Shown: positions 49,532 through 59,957 of the stretch, one piece after another | Layout: every line of letters begins with the position of its first letter | Position numbering within the stretch: position 1 is the first letter of the stretch | NCBI GenBank assembly: GCA_963664115.2 | Contig: CAXWPJ010000010.1 | Coordinates: forward strand, 96,001 to 160,000 | DNA: 64,000 bases | Direction of reading: 5' to 3' | Origin: Terriglobia bacterium | Lineage (GTDB): Bacteria; Acidobacteriota; Terriglobia; 20CM-2-55-15 | The notes under the pieces: generated by a model | The model's database searches: none | Told to the model about the DNA's origin: nothing | Seen by the model: only the letters and a program-made list of their open reading frames with translations | Translations under genes and position numbers: made by a program

Positions 49532-50058
49532 TCCGTTACTACGTGACAGACCGGAAGTCTGCCGACGTCATCGCGGCGGCCGAACGCGCGGCAGCCGACG
49601 GCGTCGACATGATACAGGTACGTGAAAAGGATTTGGAGTCCGCCGCCCTCTGCGACCTGGTCCGGGCCGTTCTGGAATCCGTAAAAGGAAGTGGAGCGAA
49701 GGTTCTCGTTAACGACCGCCTGGATGTGGCTCTCGCAGCGGGCGCCCACGGCGTGCATCTTCCCGCAAACGGCCTCCCCGTCTCTGAGGTCCGACCTTTC
49801 ATTGACCTCGTTGGCATATCAACGCATACCATCGAGGAGGTGCGGAACGCTGAGGCCGATGGCGCCAGCTTTGCACTATTCGGCCCTGTTTTCAGCACGC
49901 CAGGCAAGACACCTGTAGGGTTAGATCGACTCCGGGAAGCTACGCGAGCGGCTAAGAAAATGCCTGTCCTTGCGATAGGCGGCATCACACCGAAGAACAC
50001 TGCAGAGGTGATCAAAGCGGGCGCGGCAGGGATCGCCGGAATCCGTTTATTTCAGTGA
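49528..50058 (+). CDS. Thiamine phosphate synthase (ThiE/TenI-like)
   Basis: QVREK, VNDRLDVA, GVHL, STH, GPVFST..K and AIGGI motifs. Confidence 0.85.
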   Translation: MIRYYVTDRKSADVIAAAERAAADGVDMIQVREKDLESAALCDLVRAVLESVKGSGAKVLVNDRLDVALAAGAHGVHLPANGLPVSEVRPFIDLVGISTHTIEEVRNAEADGASFALFGPVFSTPGKTPVGLDRLREATRAAKKMPVLAIGGITPKNTAEVIKAGAAGIAGIRLFQ

Positions 50059-50113
50059 AGCGGATCGTGTTGATCGAGGCCGCAGTTTGTCTGACTTAGG
50101 GTACGCCATCCCC

Positions 50114-50142
50114 TTGACATGTGTCCCACATGCAACCATCAT
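50114..50142 (+). promoter_or_regulatory. TA-module promoter with operator palindrome
   Basis: TTGACA-N17-CATCAT overlapped by CATGTG-TCC-CACATG (50118-50132). Confidence 0.55.
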
Positions 50143-50157
50143 ATCCACACGGCCAAA

Positions 50158-50379
50158 ATGATTCAGCTCAGGCATGTTCCGGACATGCTTCATCGAAAAC
50201 TGAAAGCCCGGGCCGCAATGGAAGGGCTTTCACTCTCCGAATACCTTCTCCAGGAAGTCACGCAGATCGCGGAGCGTCCAACGGTCAATGACCTCCGCCG
50301 GCGTTTGGAAAGTCGGGAGTCTGTCCGGACGCGCGTCTCTCCCATCAGGGCCGTGCGGGCCGAGCGCGAACGCCGGTGA
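50158..50379 (+). CDS. FitA/VapB-like ribbon-helix-helix antitoxin
   Basis: IQLRHVPD.LHRKLKARAA.EG.SLSEYL; GTGA overlap with the PIN toxin. Confidence 0.85.
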   Translation: MIQLRHVPDMLHRKLKARAAMEGLSLSEYLLQEVTQIAERPTVNDLRRRLESRESVRTRVSPIRAVRAERERR

Positions 50380-50771
50380 TCGTCGTCGATGCCTCCGCTC
50401 TTCTCGAAGTCCTCCTCCAAACACCAGCGTCGGAAAAAGTATGCGAGAGGTTATGGGGCCAGAACGAATCACTCCACGCCCCTCATTTGCTGGATCTCGA
50501 GGTGACACAGGTCTTACGCCGCTATACGCTCTCGGGAGAGATGGATGCCAACCGGGGCGGTCAAGCGTTGGAGGATTTCGCCGACCTGAACCTGAATCGT
50601 TACCCTCATGACGTATTTCTCCCAAGGATCTGGTCGCTACGGCAAAACCTGACAGCCTACGATGCAGCCTACATCGCGCTGGCCGAAGCACTCGAAGCGC
50701 CCCTCATTACGAGAGACGCTGCGCTCGAGGGAGCTTCGGGACACGTGGCTCACGTCGAACTCATTCTCTAG
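50376..50771 (+). CDS. vapC: VapC-family PIN-domain toxin
   Basis: IVVDASA, APHLLDLEV, YDAAYIALAE and LITRD motifs. Confidence 0.92.
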   Translation: MIVVDASALLEVLLQTPASEKVCERLWGQNESLHAPHLLDLEVTQVLRRYTLSGEMDANRGGQALEDFADLNLNRYPHDVFLPRIWSLRQNLTAYDAAYIALAEALEAPLITRDAALEGASGHVAHVELIL

Positions 50772-50809
50772 CGGGTGGTACTCCTCACCGCTTTTAAACG
50801 GCAAACAAT

Positions 50810-51523
50810 TCATTCGATCGACTCGATCACTTCGAGCAGGGCGGCCCTGGGTTCTTCGGCGCGGTTGACGTAACGGCCAACGACGAGCCAATCGGCACCG
50901 TCGTCGAGAGCTACTCGGGGAGTCGCGACGCGCTTCTGGTCATCTGCCGATTGCGTTGGCATGCGAACACCAGGTGTCACGATCATCGGCTTCGAACCCA
51001 AATCATTCCTCAACAGCCGTATTTCCGCCGCCGAACACACAACCCCGTCCGCACCCGCTTCAACAGCCATAAGGGCCAGACGCCGCACCTGATCGCCGGA
51101 CGTCCCGGTCACGCCGGTCCGCGATAGCGTTTCATCGTCAATGCTGGTGAGGACAGTCACGGCGACGACGACAGGCCGGTCCTCTCCGAATCGGTCTTCC
51201 AGAGCCTTCCGTGTGGACTGGATCATGTCGGAGCCACCCGAAGCGTGGATGGTCAGCATCGAGACACCGAGGCCCGCGGCTTCCAGAGCCGCCCTCGAAA
51301 CCGTGTTGGGAATATCGTGAAGTTTCAGATCCAGAAAGACGCGCTCGCCGCTATCGACAATGGTTCGGACAACTTCAGGGCCTTCGGCCATGAAGAGTTC
51401 GTTCCCCACCTTGAACATCCCGGCAAGACCCTTGAGTTGGGCCACAAGACCTAAGGCCCTCTCCTCTGAACCGACATCAAGAGCGACGATAACCGGACGG
51501 GCGTTACGTTCGGTGTGCATCAC
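50810..51523 (-). CDS. pyrF: Orotidine-5'-phosphate decarboxylase
   Basis: VALD, DLKLHDIPNTV, VTVLTS, TPGVR, DDQKR and VVGR motifs. Confidence 0.97.
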   Translation of the reverse strand: MMHTERNARPVIVALDVGSEERALGLVAQLKGLAGMFKVGNELFMAEGPEVVRTIVDSGERVFLDLKLHDIPNTVSRAALEAAGLGVSMLTIHASGGSDMIQSTRKALEDRFGEDRPVVVAVTVLTSIDDETLSRTGVTGTSGDQVRRLALMAVEAGADGVVCSAAEIRLLRNDLGSKPMIVTPGVRMPTQSADDQKRVATPRVALDDGADWLVVGRYVNRAEEPRAALLEVIESIE

Positions 51524-52455
51524 GGGTCCGATTGTGCAGTGTCGATTCGCCCAACGAGGTCCTGCACTTTAGAAATGTTCTTCCGCTTCAAAAACTGTTC
51601 TATTTCCTGAACGATCCTGACGGACGAGCCCGGATCTTTGAAATGCGCCGTCCCGACCTGAACGGCTGACGCGCCTGCAAGGAAGTACTCGACGGCATCG
51701 TTTCCTGAATCGATGCCACCCAAACCGAAGATGGGAATCTTCACCTGATGCGCACACTCATAAACCATGCGGAGCGTGATCGGACGGATGGCCGATCCGG
51801 AAAGCCCGGCCGTGATGTTTTCAATGCGGGGTCGGTAAGTCTCCGTGTCAATCGCCATCGCGAGGTAAGTGTTAGCCACCGTGAGTGCATCGGCACCGGC
51901 GGCTTCCGCTGCATGAGCGATGGCCCCGATATCACTGACGTTGGGGGATAGCTTGACGATAAGCGGACGGGAGGAACGCGCCTTTACAAGGCCGACCAAT
52001 TCCCGTGTCGTGTCTTCTCGTGCCCCGTAGACCATTCCTCCCTGCTCTGTGTTCGGACAGGAAATGTTCAACTCGTAGGCGGCGATCCCATCGCAATCGT
52101 TCAAGCGCTCGACTACACTCAGGTATTCGTCAGCCGTGAATCCGAAAACGTTCACAAGAACCTGACAGCCGGCTTTCCTTAGGAAGGGCATCTTCTCCTT
52201 GATGAAGCGGTCCACTCCGACGTTCTGTAAACCGATGGAGTTCAACATGCCCGATGGTGTCGGAAAGAGGCGTGGGGAGGGATTCCCCTCGATGGGTTTC
52301 AGGGAGGTGCCTTTGACGGCGATGCCGCCCACCAGCGAAAGATCGATGAGGCCTTCAAACTCCTCACCGTAGCCGACGGTTCCGCTGGCGAGTATGACCG
52401 GATTCGGAAAATCTATCCCCGCAATTTCCACGGATAGGTCCGGAACCCTGCTCAT
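51520..52455 (-). CDS. pyrD: Dihydroorotate dehydrogenase (class 1)
   Basis: NPVILASG, MLNSIGLQN, ELNISCPN, VKLSPN and GLSG motifs. Confidence 0.96.
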   Translation of the reverse strand: MSRVPDLSVEIAGIDFPNPVILASGTVGYGEEFEGLIDLSLVGGIAVKGTSLKPIEGNPSPRLFPTPSGMLNSIGLQNVGVDRFIKEKMPFLRKAGCQVLVNVFGFTADEYLSVVERLNDCDGIAAYELNISCPNTEQGGMVYGAREDTTRELVGLVKARSSRPLIVKLSPNVSDIGAIAHAAEAAGADALTVANTYLAMAIDTETYRPRIENITAGLSGSAIRPITLRMVYECAHQVKIPIFGLGGIDSGNDAVEYFLAGASAVQVGTAHFKDPGSSVRIVQEIEQFLKRKNISKVQDLVGRIDTAQSDP

Positions 52456-52488
52456 ACCGAAATGAATCTATCATATAATCTTAGATTG

Positions 52489-53034
52489 ATGGCACTGAAG
52501 GTCCGCTACCAGTTGATGAGCGCCGACGAGATGCGGCAAACGCTGGAAGCGATGACTTCGGAAATCCTCACCGCCAATCCCGACCGACCCGTCATCCTGC
52601 TTGGTATCGAACGCAGAGGCGGCCCCTTGGCGCATCGCCTGTCTGAAATAATGGAAGCCCGGGGTACGGCGACCGCGGTCGGCACGCTCGACATCAATCT
52701 CTACCGCGACGATCTGACGATGGTGTCGGCACAGCCCGTTGTCCGGAAGACGGAACTACCAACCGATATCACGAATAAAAACGTCATCTTAGTCGACGAC
52801 GTGCTCTACACGGGCCGGACCATTCGGGCAGCGATGGAAGCACTGAACGACTACGGCAGAATACGGTCACTGCAATTGGCTGTTCTCATCGACCGGGGAC
52901 ATCGCGAACTACCGATTCAGCCGAACTTCGTGGGCCGCACTGTGGAGTCCGAACGCGACGAAATTATCGACGTCCGTGTCACAGAAGTAGATGGCCAAGA
53001 TGGTGGCTGGGTGATGGACAAGGTCGGAGAATGA
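52489..53034 (+). CDS. pyrR: Bifunctional pyr regulator / uracil phosphoribosyltransferase
   Basis: [20 protein letters not shown] and DRGHRELPI motifs. Confidence 0.96.
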   Translation: MALKVRYQLMSADEMRQTLEAMTSEILTANPDRPVILLGIERRGGPLAHRLSEIMEARGTATAVGTLDINLYRDDLTMVSAQPVVRKTELPTDITNKNVILVDDVLYTGRTIRAAMEALNDYGRIRSLQLAVLIDRGHRELPIQPNFVGRTVESERDEIIDVRVTEVDGQDGGWVMDKVGE

Positions 53035-53978
53035 GCGCCGAGCTAAAGGAAAAACAGGACCTGCTTGGAATCGCAGGAATGGGGACGGACGAGATCGTTC
53101 AGATACTCGAGTCTGCGGAAACCTTCGAGGAAATCACCAAACGGCCTGTCAAAAAGGTGCCGACACTGCGGGGCAAGACAATAATCAACCTTTTCTTCGA
53201 AGCCTCAACACGAACGCGGACTTCGTTCGAAGTCGCGGGAAAGAGACTCTCTGCCGATGTGATCAACGTGTCATCGACGGGGAGTAGCGTCTCCAAAGGG
53301 GAAACTCTCCGGGACACCGCGCAGACGCTCGATGCGATGGCACCGGACTGTATCGTAATCCGACACGGCTCAGCCGGGGTACCCTATGAAATTGCGAAAC
53401 ACACGCGGGCCTCGGTCATAAACGCCGGTGACGGCGCTCACGAGCATCCCACACAAGCACTCCTGGACGCCTTCACGATACGCAAGCACAAAGGCCGCCT
53501 CGACAGCCTCAAAGTAGCCATCGTGGGGGACATTCTTCATAGCCGGGTTGCACGATCCAATCTCCTGGCGCTCACGGCGTTCGAATCTCATGTCTGGCTC
53601 GCGGGACCACCCACCTTGCTGCCTCCCGACATCGGTCAAATCAACTGCAAAGAGAATCCCTTCGTCCATCTGACCCACTCGATGGACGAAGCTCTCGCCG
53701 ATGCCGATGTCATCATGATGCTGCGAATCCAGTTCGAGCGGATGGTCGACTCGTTCTTCCCGTCGACACGGGAGTACTTCAGATACTTCGGACTGACAAC
53801 GAAGCGCATTCAACTGGCGAAACCAGATGTCATTGTGATGCATCCGGGTCCCATGAACCGGGGCATCGAAATCGACGCCGAAGTAGCCGATGGGCCGTAC
53901 TCGGTGATCCTCGATCAGGTTTCCGCGGGTGTAGCAGTCCGAATGGCAATCCTTTACCGTCTCATGGGAGGAGTTTAA
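53031..53978 (+). CDS. pyrB: Aspartate carbamoyltransferase catalytic subunit
   Basis: [29 protein letters not shown] and HPGPMNRG motifs. Confidence 0.98.
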   Translation: MSAELKEKQDLLGIAGMGTDEIVQILESAETFEEITKRPVKKVPTLRGKTIINLFFEASTRTRTSFEVAGKRLSADVINVSSTGSSVSKGETLRDTAQTLDAMAPDCIVIRHGSAGVPYEIAKHTRASVINAGDGAHEHPTQALLDAFTIRKHKGRLDSLKVAIVGDILHSRVARSNLLALTAFESHVWLAGPPTLLPPDIGQINCKENPFVHLTHSMDEALADADVIMMLRIQFERMVDSFFPSTREYFRYFGLTTKRIQLAKPDVIVMHPGPMNRGIEIDAEVADGPYSVILDQVSAGVAVRMAILYRLMGGV

Positions 53979-55258
53979 TGTCTCTGAAGGAAGCAAAACG
54001 GATCGTCATCCGGGGCGGTCGCCTGATCGATCCGGAACGTGGGATCGATCAGCTTGGAGACCTGCTGATCGAGAACGGAAAGATCCAGGCCGTCGGTGAA
54101 GTGGACGTTACCGACGCCGCAACTCTCGACACTGAGGGGCTCGTTGTCGCTCCGGGATTTTTCGATATTCACGTCCACCTCCGCGAGCCGGGCACCGAAG
54201 AAGCCGAAACCATTCGTACGGGTGGAGAGGCAGCCGCTGCCGGCGGTTTTACGGCCGTCGCAGCGATGCCCAACACGCGACCGCCGATCGATAACGCTTC
54301 ACTGGCACAGTTCGTCGTTTCCGAGGCGCGCCGCCATTCTCCGACACGAGTGTTTCCGATTGGCGCAATTACCGAAGGACAGGCTGGCGAAACCCTTGCT
54401 GAAATCGGCGAAATGGTTGCCGAAGGTATCGTCGCCATTTCCGACGATGGCAAACCCGTCATGAACGCGCGCATCTTCCGCCGGGCCATGGAGTACTCCA
54501 AGCTGTTTGACCTTCCCGTGATCCAACATTGCGAAGACCTGGATTTGTCTTCGGGCGGCGTCATGCACGAAGGAGCGGTCTCGACTCGGATGGGGCTCAA
54601 AGGCATTCCGGCCGCCGCAGAGGATTCCATCGTCGCCAGAGACCTCACGCTGACCGAGCTCACCGGCGCCAAGTACCACGTGGCCCACCTGAGTACAGCC
54701 GGGGCTGTAGAGATGATACGACGCGCCAAGTCAAAGGGTCTTGCTGTCACAGCCGAAGCCACACCCCATCACTTCACGCTGACCGAAAATGCTGTCGAGG
54801 GTTACAACACGAACGCCAAGATGAAACCACCGCTCCGGTCGCAAGAAGATGTGGATGCCGTGATCCGAGGACTCCGCGATGGTACGGTGGACGCTATCGC
54901 CACCGACCATGCGCCCCACCACGCGAACCTCAAAATGTTAGAATTTGACCGGGCACCGTTCGGTATTACTGGCTTGGAAACCGCCGTTGGACTCGCGATG
55001 ACCCGACTGAATCCTTCGCTCGAGCGACTTGTCGAGTTATTCTCGATCAACCCGCAACGGATCATGAGGGTTGAACCCTGGGGGCTCTACGCCGGATCCA
55101 CGGCGGACGTGACGATCATCGACCCTGCCAGGGAATGGAAGTTTGACCTGGAATCGTCGCGGTCGCTCAGTCGGAATAGCCCGTTCGATGGCTGGACGTT
55201 CAAGGGTAAAGCCGTCGCGACGATCGTCGGTGGTAGCGTTGTTTATGAAGATCTATAG
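53978..55258 (+). CDS. pyrC: Dihydroorotase
   Basis: DIHVHLREPG, MPNT, QHCED, AHLST and ATDHAPH motifs. Confidence 0.97.
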   Translation: MSLKEAKRIVIRGGRLIDPERGIDQLGDLLIENGKIQAVGEVDVTDAATLDTEGLVVAPGFFDIHVHLREPGTEEAETIRTGGEAAAAGGFTAVAAMPNTRPPIDNASLAQFVVSEARRHSPTRVFPIGAITEGQAGETLAEIGEMVAEGIVAISDDGKPVMNARIFRRAMEYSKLFDLPVIQHCEDLDLSSGGVMHEGAVSTRMGLKGIPAAAEDSIVARDLTLTELTGAKYHVAHLSTAGAVEMIRRAKSKGLAVTAEATPHHFTLTENAVEGYNTNAKMKPPLRSQEDVDAVIRGLRDGTVDAIATDHAPHHANLKMLEFDRAPFGITGLETAVGLAMTRLNPSLERLVELFSINPQRIMRVEPWGLYAGSTADVTIIDPAREWKFDLESSRSLSRNSPFDGWTFKGKAVATIVGGSVVYEDL

Positions 55259-56543
55259 ACGATATCTGATTGGTCTTATAGTGCTTCTGTTCCTGGAAGT
55301 CCCCACGGCGTTGGGACAGACGCCCACCGAACGCGTCGCCAGGATCCAGGCAGATGAAGGCTACCAGCGAGCGCTGGCGTTCATAGACGAAGACTACCCC
55401 CTGTTCGTCGAGGAACTAATTGAACTGACTGAGATTCCCGCTCCTCCGTTTATGGAGTCCGAACGCGGGACGGCTTACCTGGAGAAACTTCAGGAACTGG
55501 GACTGGAATCTTTGGAAATCGATGCCGTAGGCAACGTCATGGGCATCCGCCCCGGGGGTAACGGCCCCTTGCTCGCCGTAGCAGCTCACCTCGACACTGT
55601 CTTTCCCGAAGGCACCGATGTTCGTGTCCGGCGTGAGGGCACACGGCTATCGGCGCCGGGGATCGGCGACGACACGGCCGGATTGGCCGTGTTGCTGGCT
55701 GTAATCCGCGCGATGGACGCCGCCGGAATCCAAACCTCTGGAGACATTCTCTTTGTAGGTAACGTTGGCGAGGAAGGCCCGGGCGACCTCCGCGGCATAA
55801 AGAACCTTTTCCTCGAAGGACCGTACAGTGATCGGATCGATGGGTTCGTTTCCGTCGAAGGCGGGCGTCAGGTGGACATCACCAACGCCGCTCTCGGAAG
55901 TAAGCGATACCGTGTTACTTTCTCCGGACCCGGCGGACACAGTTACAACGCATTCGGACTGGTCAGTCCTGCATTCGCCATGGGCAACGCAATCCGGAAG
56001 CTGTCGGACCTCGAAGTCTCTGAGGACCCCAAGACAACGTACAACGTGGGGGTCATCGGGGGCGGCACCTCGGTCAACTCAATTCCTTTCGAATCGTGGA
56101 TGGAAGTCGATATACGTTCTGAAGAGCGAGAACGACTCGCGAGCGTCTCAGAAACTTTCCTCGAATTAATGTACGAAGCTGTGGCTGAGGAAAACGCAGC
56201 ACGATCCACGGGACAAGGCCCGATTGAACTCGACATCGAGATCATCGGAGATAGACCGTCGGGAGAAATTTCGTTAGACACGCCCCTGGTCGAAAACACT
56301 GCGGCCGCCTTCCGCGCTTTCGGAATCGAACCCACATACAGCCGCTCCAGTACCGACTCCAACATTCCGATCAGCCTGGGAATTCCCGCCGTCACGATCG
56401 ACCGGGGAGGCATGGGCGGCCGCAGTCACTCACTGGACGAATGGGTGGATGTGGAAAAGCCGGGAACCGTCAAGGGCATCGGATTGGTCCTGACCACCAT
56501 TCTTGCCATCACCGGTCTGGAAGAAACACGCTCTACAGACTAA
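55245..56543 (+). CDS. Secreted M20/M25/M40 metallopeptidase
   Basis: Signal peptide; AHLDTVF, GDD, GEEG.GDLRG, GPGGHS, STDSN and HSLDEW motifs. Confidence 0.9.
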   Translation: MKIYRRYLIGLIVLLFLEVPTALGQTPTERVARIQADEGYQRALAFIDEDYPLFVEELIELTEIPAPPFMESERGTAYLEKLQELGLESLEIDAVGNVMGIRPGGNGPLLAVAAHLDTVFPEGTDVRVRREGTRLSAPGIGDDTAGLAVLLAVIRAMDAAGIQTSGDILFVGNVGEEGPGDLRGIKNLFLEGPYSDRIDGFVSVEGGRQVDITNAALGSKRYRVTFSGPGGHSYNAFGLVSPAFAMGNAIRKLSDLEVSEDPKTTYNVGVIGGGTSVNSIPFESWMEVDIRSEERERLASVSETFLELMYEAVAEENAARSTGQGPIELDIEIIGDRPSGEISLDTPLVENTAAAFRAFGIEPTYSRSSTDSNIPISLGIPAVTIDRGGMGGRSHSLDEWVDVEKPGTVKGIGLVLTTILAITGLEETRSTD

Positions 56544-56558
56544 GACCAAAGACAGCTC

Positions 56559-56645
56559 AACACGAAGTTAACGAAGGTATCGAAGAACCACGAAGGCTCT
56601 TTAGCCCGATGCTTATCCACTTCGTCACCTTCGTGTCTTCGTGTT
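56559..56645. repeat. Inverted-repeat element family B, second copy
   Basis: AACACGAAGTTAACGAAGGTATCGAAGAACCACGAAG ... CTTCGTCACCTTCGTGTCTTCGTGTT, between convergent genes. Confidence 0.75.
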
Positions 56646-56685
56646 AGAAATCCCCTCTTTTGCTTCTGAGGAAACGGCGAAGAAA

Positions 56686-59121
56686 CTAGCCGACGACCAG
56701 GTTCAGAATTTTGTTCTTAACGTAGATCTTCTTCCGGATCTCTCTACCCTCCAGATGCCGGCTAACGACGGCGCTTTCCATCGCCGCGCCGACGACAACC
56801 GATTCTTCAGAATCGGCGTCAACGGTGACCTTGTCGCGCATCTTTCCGTTGATCTGAACAGCCACCGTAACGGTGTCGAACTTGGTCTGGGTTTCATCCC
56901 AGTCCGGCCAAGTCTGATTGAAAATCGATGGTTCGTGACCCATAGTCGCCCACAATTCCTCGGCGAAATGAGGCGCGAAGGGGGACATCAGAATCAAGAA
57001 TACCTCGACAGTCTCACGATCCGGTGCGTCTCCGATCGCCAACACTTCGTTCAGAAACTCCATCATCGCACTGACAACCGTATTCAGACGAAACGCTTCA
57101 AGCCGCTCGGTGACCTTTTTGACCAGGATATGCCGCTGGGTCAGCATTTCTCGAGAAGGGATCTCCGACCATGCCCCGTTGTGGTCGAGAACCCAGTTCC
57201 AGGCACGTTTCAGGAAGCGATGGACTCCATCGATGCCACGGTCGCTCCATTCGGCGTCCATCTCGGGCGGACCGACAAAAAGCTCATATAGCCGAAGGGA
57301 GTCGCAGCCATGGCTTCGTACCAGATCGTCCGGGTTGACGACGTTGCCTTTAGATTTGGACATCTTCTCGACACGCCCACCTTTTCCCTTGCGGGTGATC
57401 ATGCCCTGATTCAAGAGACGGACGAAGGGCTCTTCGAACTCGACCACGTCGATGTCGTAGAGGAACATCGTGAAAAAACGCGCATAGAGAAGGTGAAGGA
57501 TGGCATGTTCGACTCCGCCAACATACATGTCGACCGGCAACCAAACTTTTCCAGATTCGCTCAATAGTTGGTCGTCGTCTCGGGGCGAGGTGTAGCGGAG
57601 GAAGTACCAGGACGACCCGGCCCACTGCGGCATGACGTCAGTATCACGACGGCCCTCCGCACCGCAAACCGGACACGGGACCCGCACCCATTCTTCCATG
57701 GCTGCCAGTGGCGACTCGCCCGTGCCCGTAGGTTCGTAACGGTCTACATCCGGCAGTCGAACCGGAAGATCGGCTTCGTCCACAGGAACTGGCCCACATT
57801 TGGTGCAGTGGATAATCGGAATGGGTTCACCCCAATAACGCTGGCGCGAGAATATCCAATCGCGCAGCCGGTATTGAACGGTTCCCTTTCCGAGCTGCTT
57901 GTCTTCGAGAAAAGCAACGACTGCCTTCCTTCCAGCGGTCGAGTCCATACCGCTGAACTCTCCAGACTGGATCATCTCTCCATCGCCGACGTAGGCAGCG
58001 TCGGAGACGCCTTCCTCGGATGCAATTACCTCGCGAATTTCCAAATCGAACTTCCTGGCGAACGCGTAATCCCGTTCGTCGTGAGCTGGAACTGCCATGA
58101 TCGCCCCTGTTCCGTAACCCATGAGTACGTAGTCGGCGACCCATATGGGGATCTTCTCGCCGTTGACCGGGTTGAGAGCGTAGGAACCGGTGAACAGACC
58201 TGATTTCTCCTTCAACACCGTCGTCCGGTCGACGTCCGACTGAATTCGCGCCACTTCGACGTAAGCGGCGACTTCCTCCGCCCGGTCGGTGTCTGTCAGG
58301 GTAGGTACCAAGGGATGTTCCGGCGCCAGCACCATGTAGGTCGCGCCAAATAGCGTGTCGGGGCGGGTCGTAAATATGACCAATGGATGCTCGTTCCCGT
58401 CAGGATCCACGGCCGTAAACGTCGTTTCCGCACCTTCGGACTTACCAATCCAGTTCCGCTGCATCGTCTTGACCTTTTCGGGCCATTCCAGCGGTTCCAG
58501 ACCATCCAGCAACCGGTCCGCATATTTCGTAATCCGCAGCATCCACTGCCGCATGTCCTTCTTCCCGACCAGCGTTCCACACCGATCACACTCACCGTTT
58601 ACAACTTCTTCATTCGCGAGACCGGTCTTACAGCTGGGACACCAGTTAATAGGCATGGCGGCCTGGTAAGCCAGACCTTCTTTGAACATCTTGACGAAAA
58701 TCCATTGTGTCCACTTGTAATAGTCCGGATCCGTCGTGTCGATCTCACGGCTCCAGTCGTACATGGGACTCATTTCGTTGAGCTGCCGCCTGAAGTTTTC
58801 GATGTTGCGGCGGGTGTTGATGGCCGGGTGGATGCCGTTCTTTATCGCGTCGTTTTCGGCAGGAAGACCGAACGCATCCCATCCCATGGGATGCAGAACG
58901 TTGAAACCTCGAAGAACCTTGTAACGAGACCATGCGTCCGGGAGGACATAGCTACGCCAGTGACCCACGTGGAGGCCCGCTCCCGACGTGTATGGGAACA
59001 TGTCCAGACAGTAGTACTTGGGACGCGGATCGTCGTCGCGGGTCTCATAGAGATTCGTATCAACCCAGTATTGCCGCCATTTTTTTTCGACTTTCTCAAA
59101 GTCGTACGCAACTTCAGACAT
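56686..59121 (-). CDS. leuS: Leucine--tRNA ligase
   Basis: MFPY.SG.GLHVGH, GWDAFGLPAEN, FTTRPDT, SRQRYWG and KMSKS motifs. Confidence 0.98.
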   Translation of the reverse strand: MSEVAYDFEKVEKKWRQYWVDTNLYETRDDDPRPKYYCLDMFPYTSGAGLHVGHWRSYVLPDAWSRYKVLRGFNVLHPMGWDAFGLPAENDAIKNGIHPAINTRRNIENFRRQLNEMSPMYDWSREIDTTDPDYYKWTQWIFVKMFKEGLAYQAAMPINWCPSCKTGLANEEVVNGECDRCGTLVGKKDMRQWMLRITKYADRLLDGLEPLEWPEKVKTMQRNWIGKSEGAETTFTAVDPDGNEHPLVIFTTRPDTLFGATYMVLAPEHPLVPTLTDTDRAEEVAAYVEVARIQSDVDRTTVLKEKSGLFTGSYALNPVNGEKIPIWVADYVLMGYGTGAIMAVPAHDERDYAFARKFDLEIREVIASEEGVSDAAYVGDGEMIQSGEFSGMDSTAGRKAVVAFLEDKQLGKGTVQYRLRDWIFSRQRYWGEPIPIIHCTKCGPVPVDEADLPVRLPDVDRYEPTGTGESPLAAMEEWVRVPCPVCGAEGRRDTDVMPQWAGSSWYFLRYTSPRDDDQLLSESGKVWLPVDMYVGGVEHAILHLLYARFFTMFLYDIDVVEFEEPFVRLLNQGMITRKGKGGRVEKMSKSKGNVVNPDDLVRSHGCDSLRLYELFVGPPEMDAEWSDRGIDGVHRFLKRAWNWVLDHNGAWSEIPSREMLTQRHILVKKVTERLEAFRLNTVVSAMMEFLNEVLAIGDAPDRETVEVFLILMSPFAPHFAEELWATMGHEPSIFNQTWPDWDETQTKFDTVTVAVQINGKMRDKVTVDADSEESVVVGAAMESAVVSRHLEGREIRKKIYVKNKILNLVVG

Positions 59122-59135
59122 CGTTCCTCAGAAAA

Positions 59136-59212
59136 GGGGTCAGAGCCCTATTTCCCAAGATTCGCGCTACATTTATTCCAGTTAAAAAATGGGGAAATAG
59201 GGCTCTGACCCC
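59136..59212. repeat. Perfect 21-bp inverted repeat (REP-doublet-like)
   Basis: GGGGTCAGAGCCCTATTTCCC-N35-GGGAAATAGGGCTCTGACCCC. Confidence 0.85.
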
Positions 59213-59225
59213 ATTTATTCCATGG

Positions 59226-59957
59226 TCATACGACTTCGAAGGGATGATCTAGGTTTTCCGGATCGTACAGGATGCGACGACAGCTCTCACACGCGATGAT
59301 GTTGTCGTTTCTGCGAACTTCCTGAAAGACTTGCAGCCGCATGCGAACGTTACAAACATCACACGCTTCGTCACTGGCGGATGCCAGGGCGATTCCGCCC
59401 CGCGCTTTGCGCACTCTTTCGTAATGCGTGAGTATGTCCTCACTGACCTGTTTCTCCAAACTTGTCCGCTCTTCGATATAGGCCTCAAGCGTTGCCGTGT
59501 CCTTGAGGTTAATCTCTTCCAGGCTGACGCGATCGGTCTGGACAATCTTTTCGTCTTCGCGCAGAACAGACTCTGCAGCTTTTAAGTCCTCGGCCAGAGT
59601 CTCGGATACTTCCATCAGGGTAAGGGTCTGGTCTTCTTCCTTGCTGATCGCCTCCTGGCTGTAGTCGATCTCCTTGACCATCGCCTTGTATTCCTCGTTG
59701 GTCTTCACCGACATCAACTGCTCCCGGTACTTGGAGATCTTAGCTTCAAGGTCCGTGACTTTGGTTTCCAGTTCCTTGCGGCCGGACTGATTGTTCTTGA
59801 TCGCGTCCTTAACCCTTTCCACCCCCGCAAGCGCATTGCTGAGCTTTTCGTCCAAAGCCTTGGACTTCGCGGGAAACGCGCCCGTCGTCGCACGCAGTTC
59901 CTGGATTGCCAAGTCAACGGCCTGCAATCGAATCAGTTTCTTAAGGTCAATATGCAT
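59226..59957 (-). CDS. Coiled-coil protein with C4-type zinc ribbon (DUF164/CT398-like)
   Basis: LQ.VD, long coiled coil, YER.R, CDVC and CESCRRIL. Confidence 0.9.
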   Translation of the reverse strand: MHIDLKKLIRLQAVDLAIQELRATTGAFPAKSKALDEKLSNALAGVERVKDAIKNNQSGRKELETKVTDLEAKISKYREQLMSVKTNEEYKAMVKEIDYSQEAISKEEDQTLTLMEVSETLAEDLKAAESVLREDEKIVQTDRVSLEEINLKDTATLEAYIEERTSLEKQVSEDILTHYERVRKARGGIALASASDEACDVCNVRMRLQVFQEVRRNDNIIACESCRRILYDPENLDHPFEVV

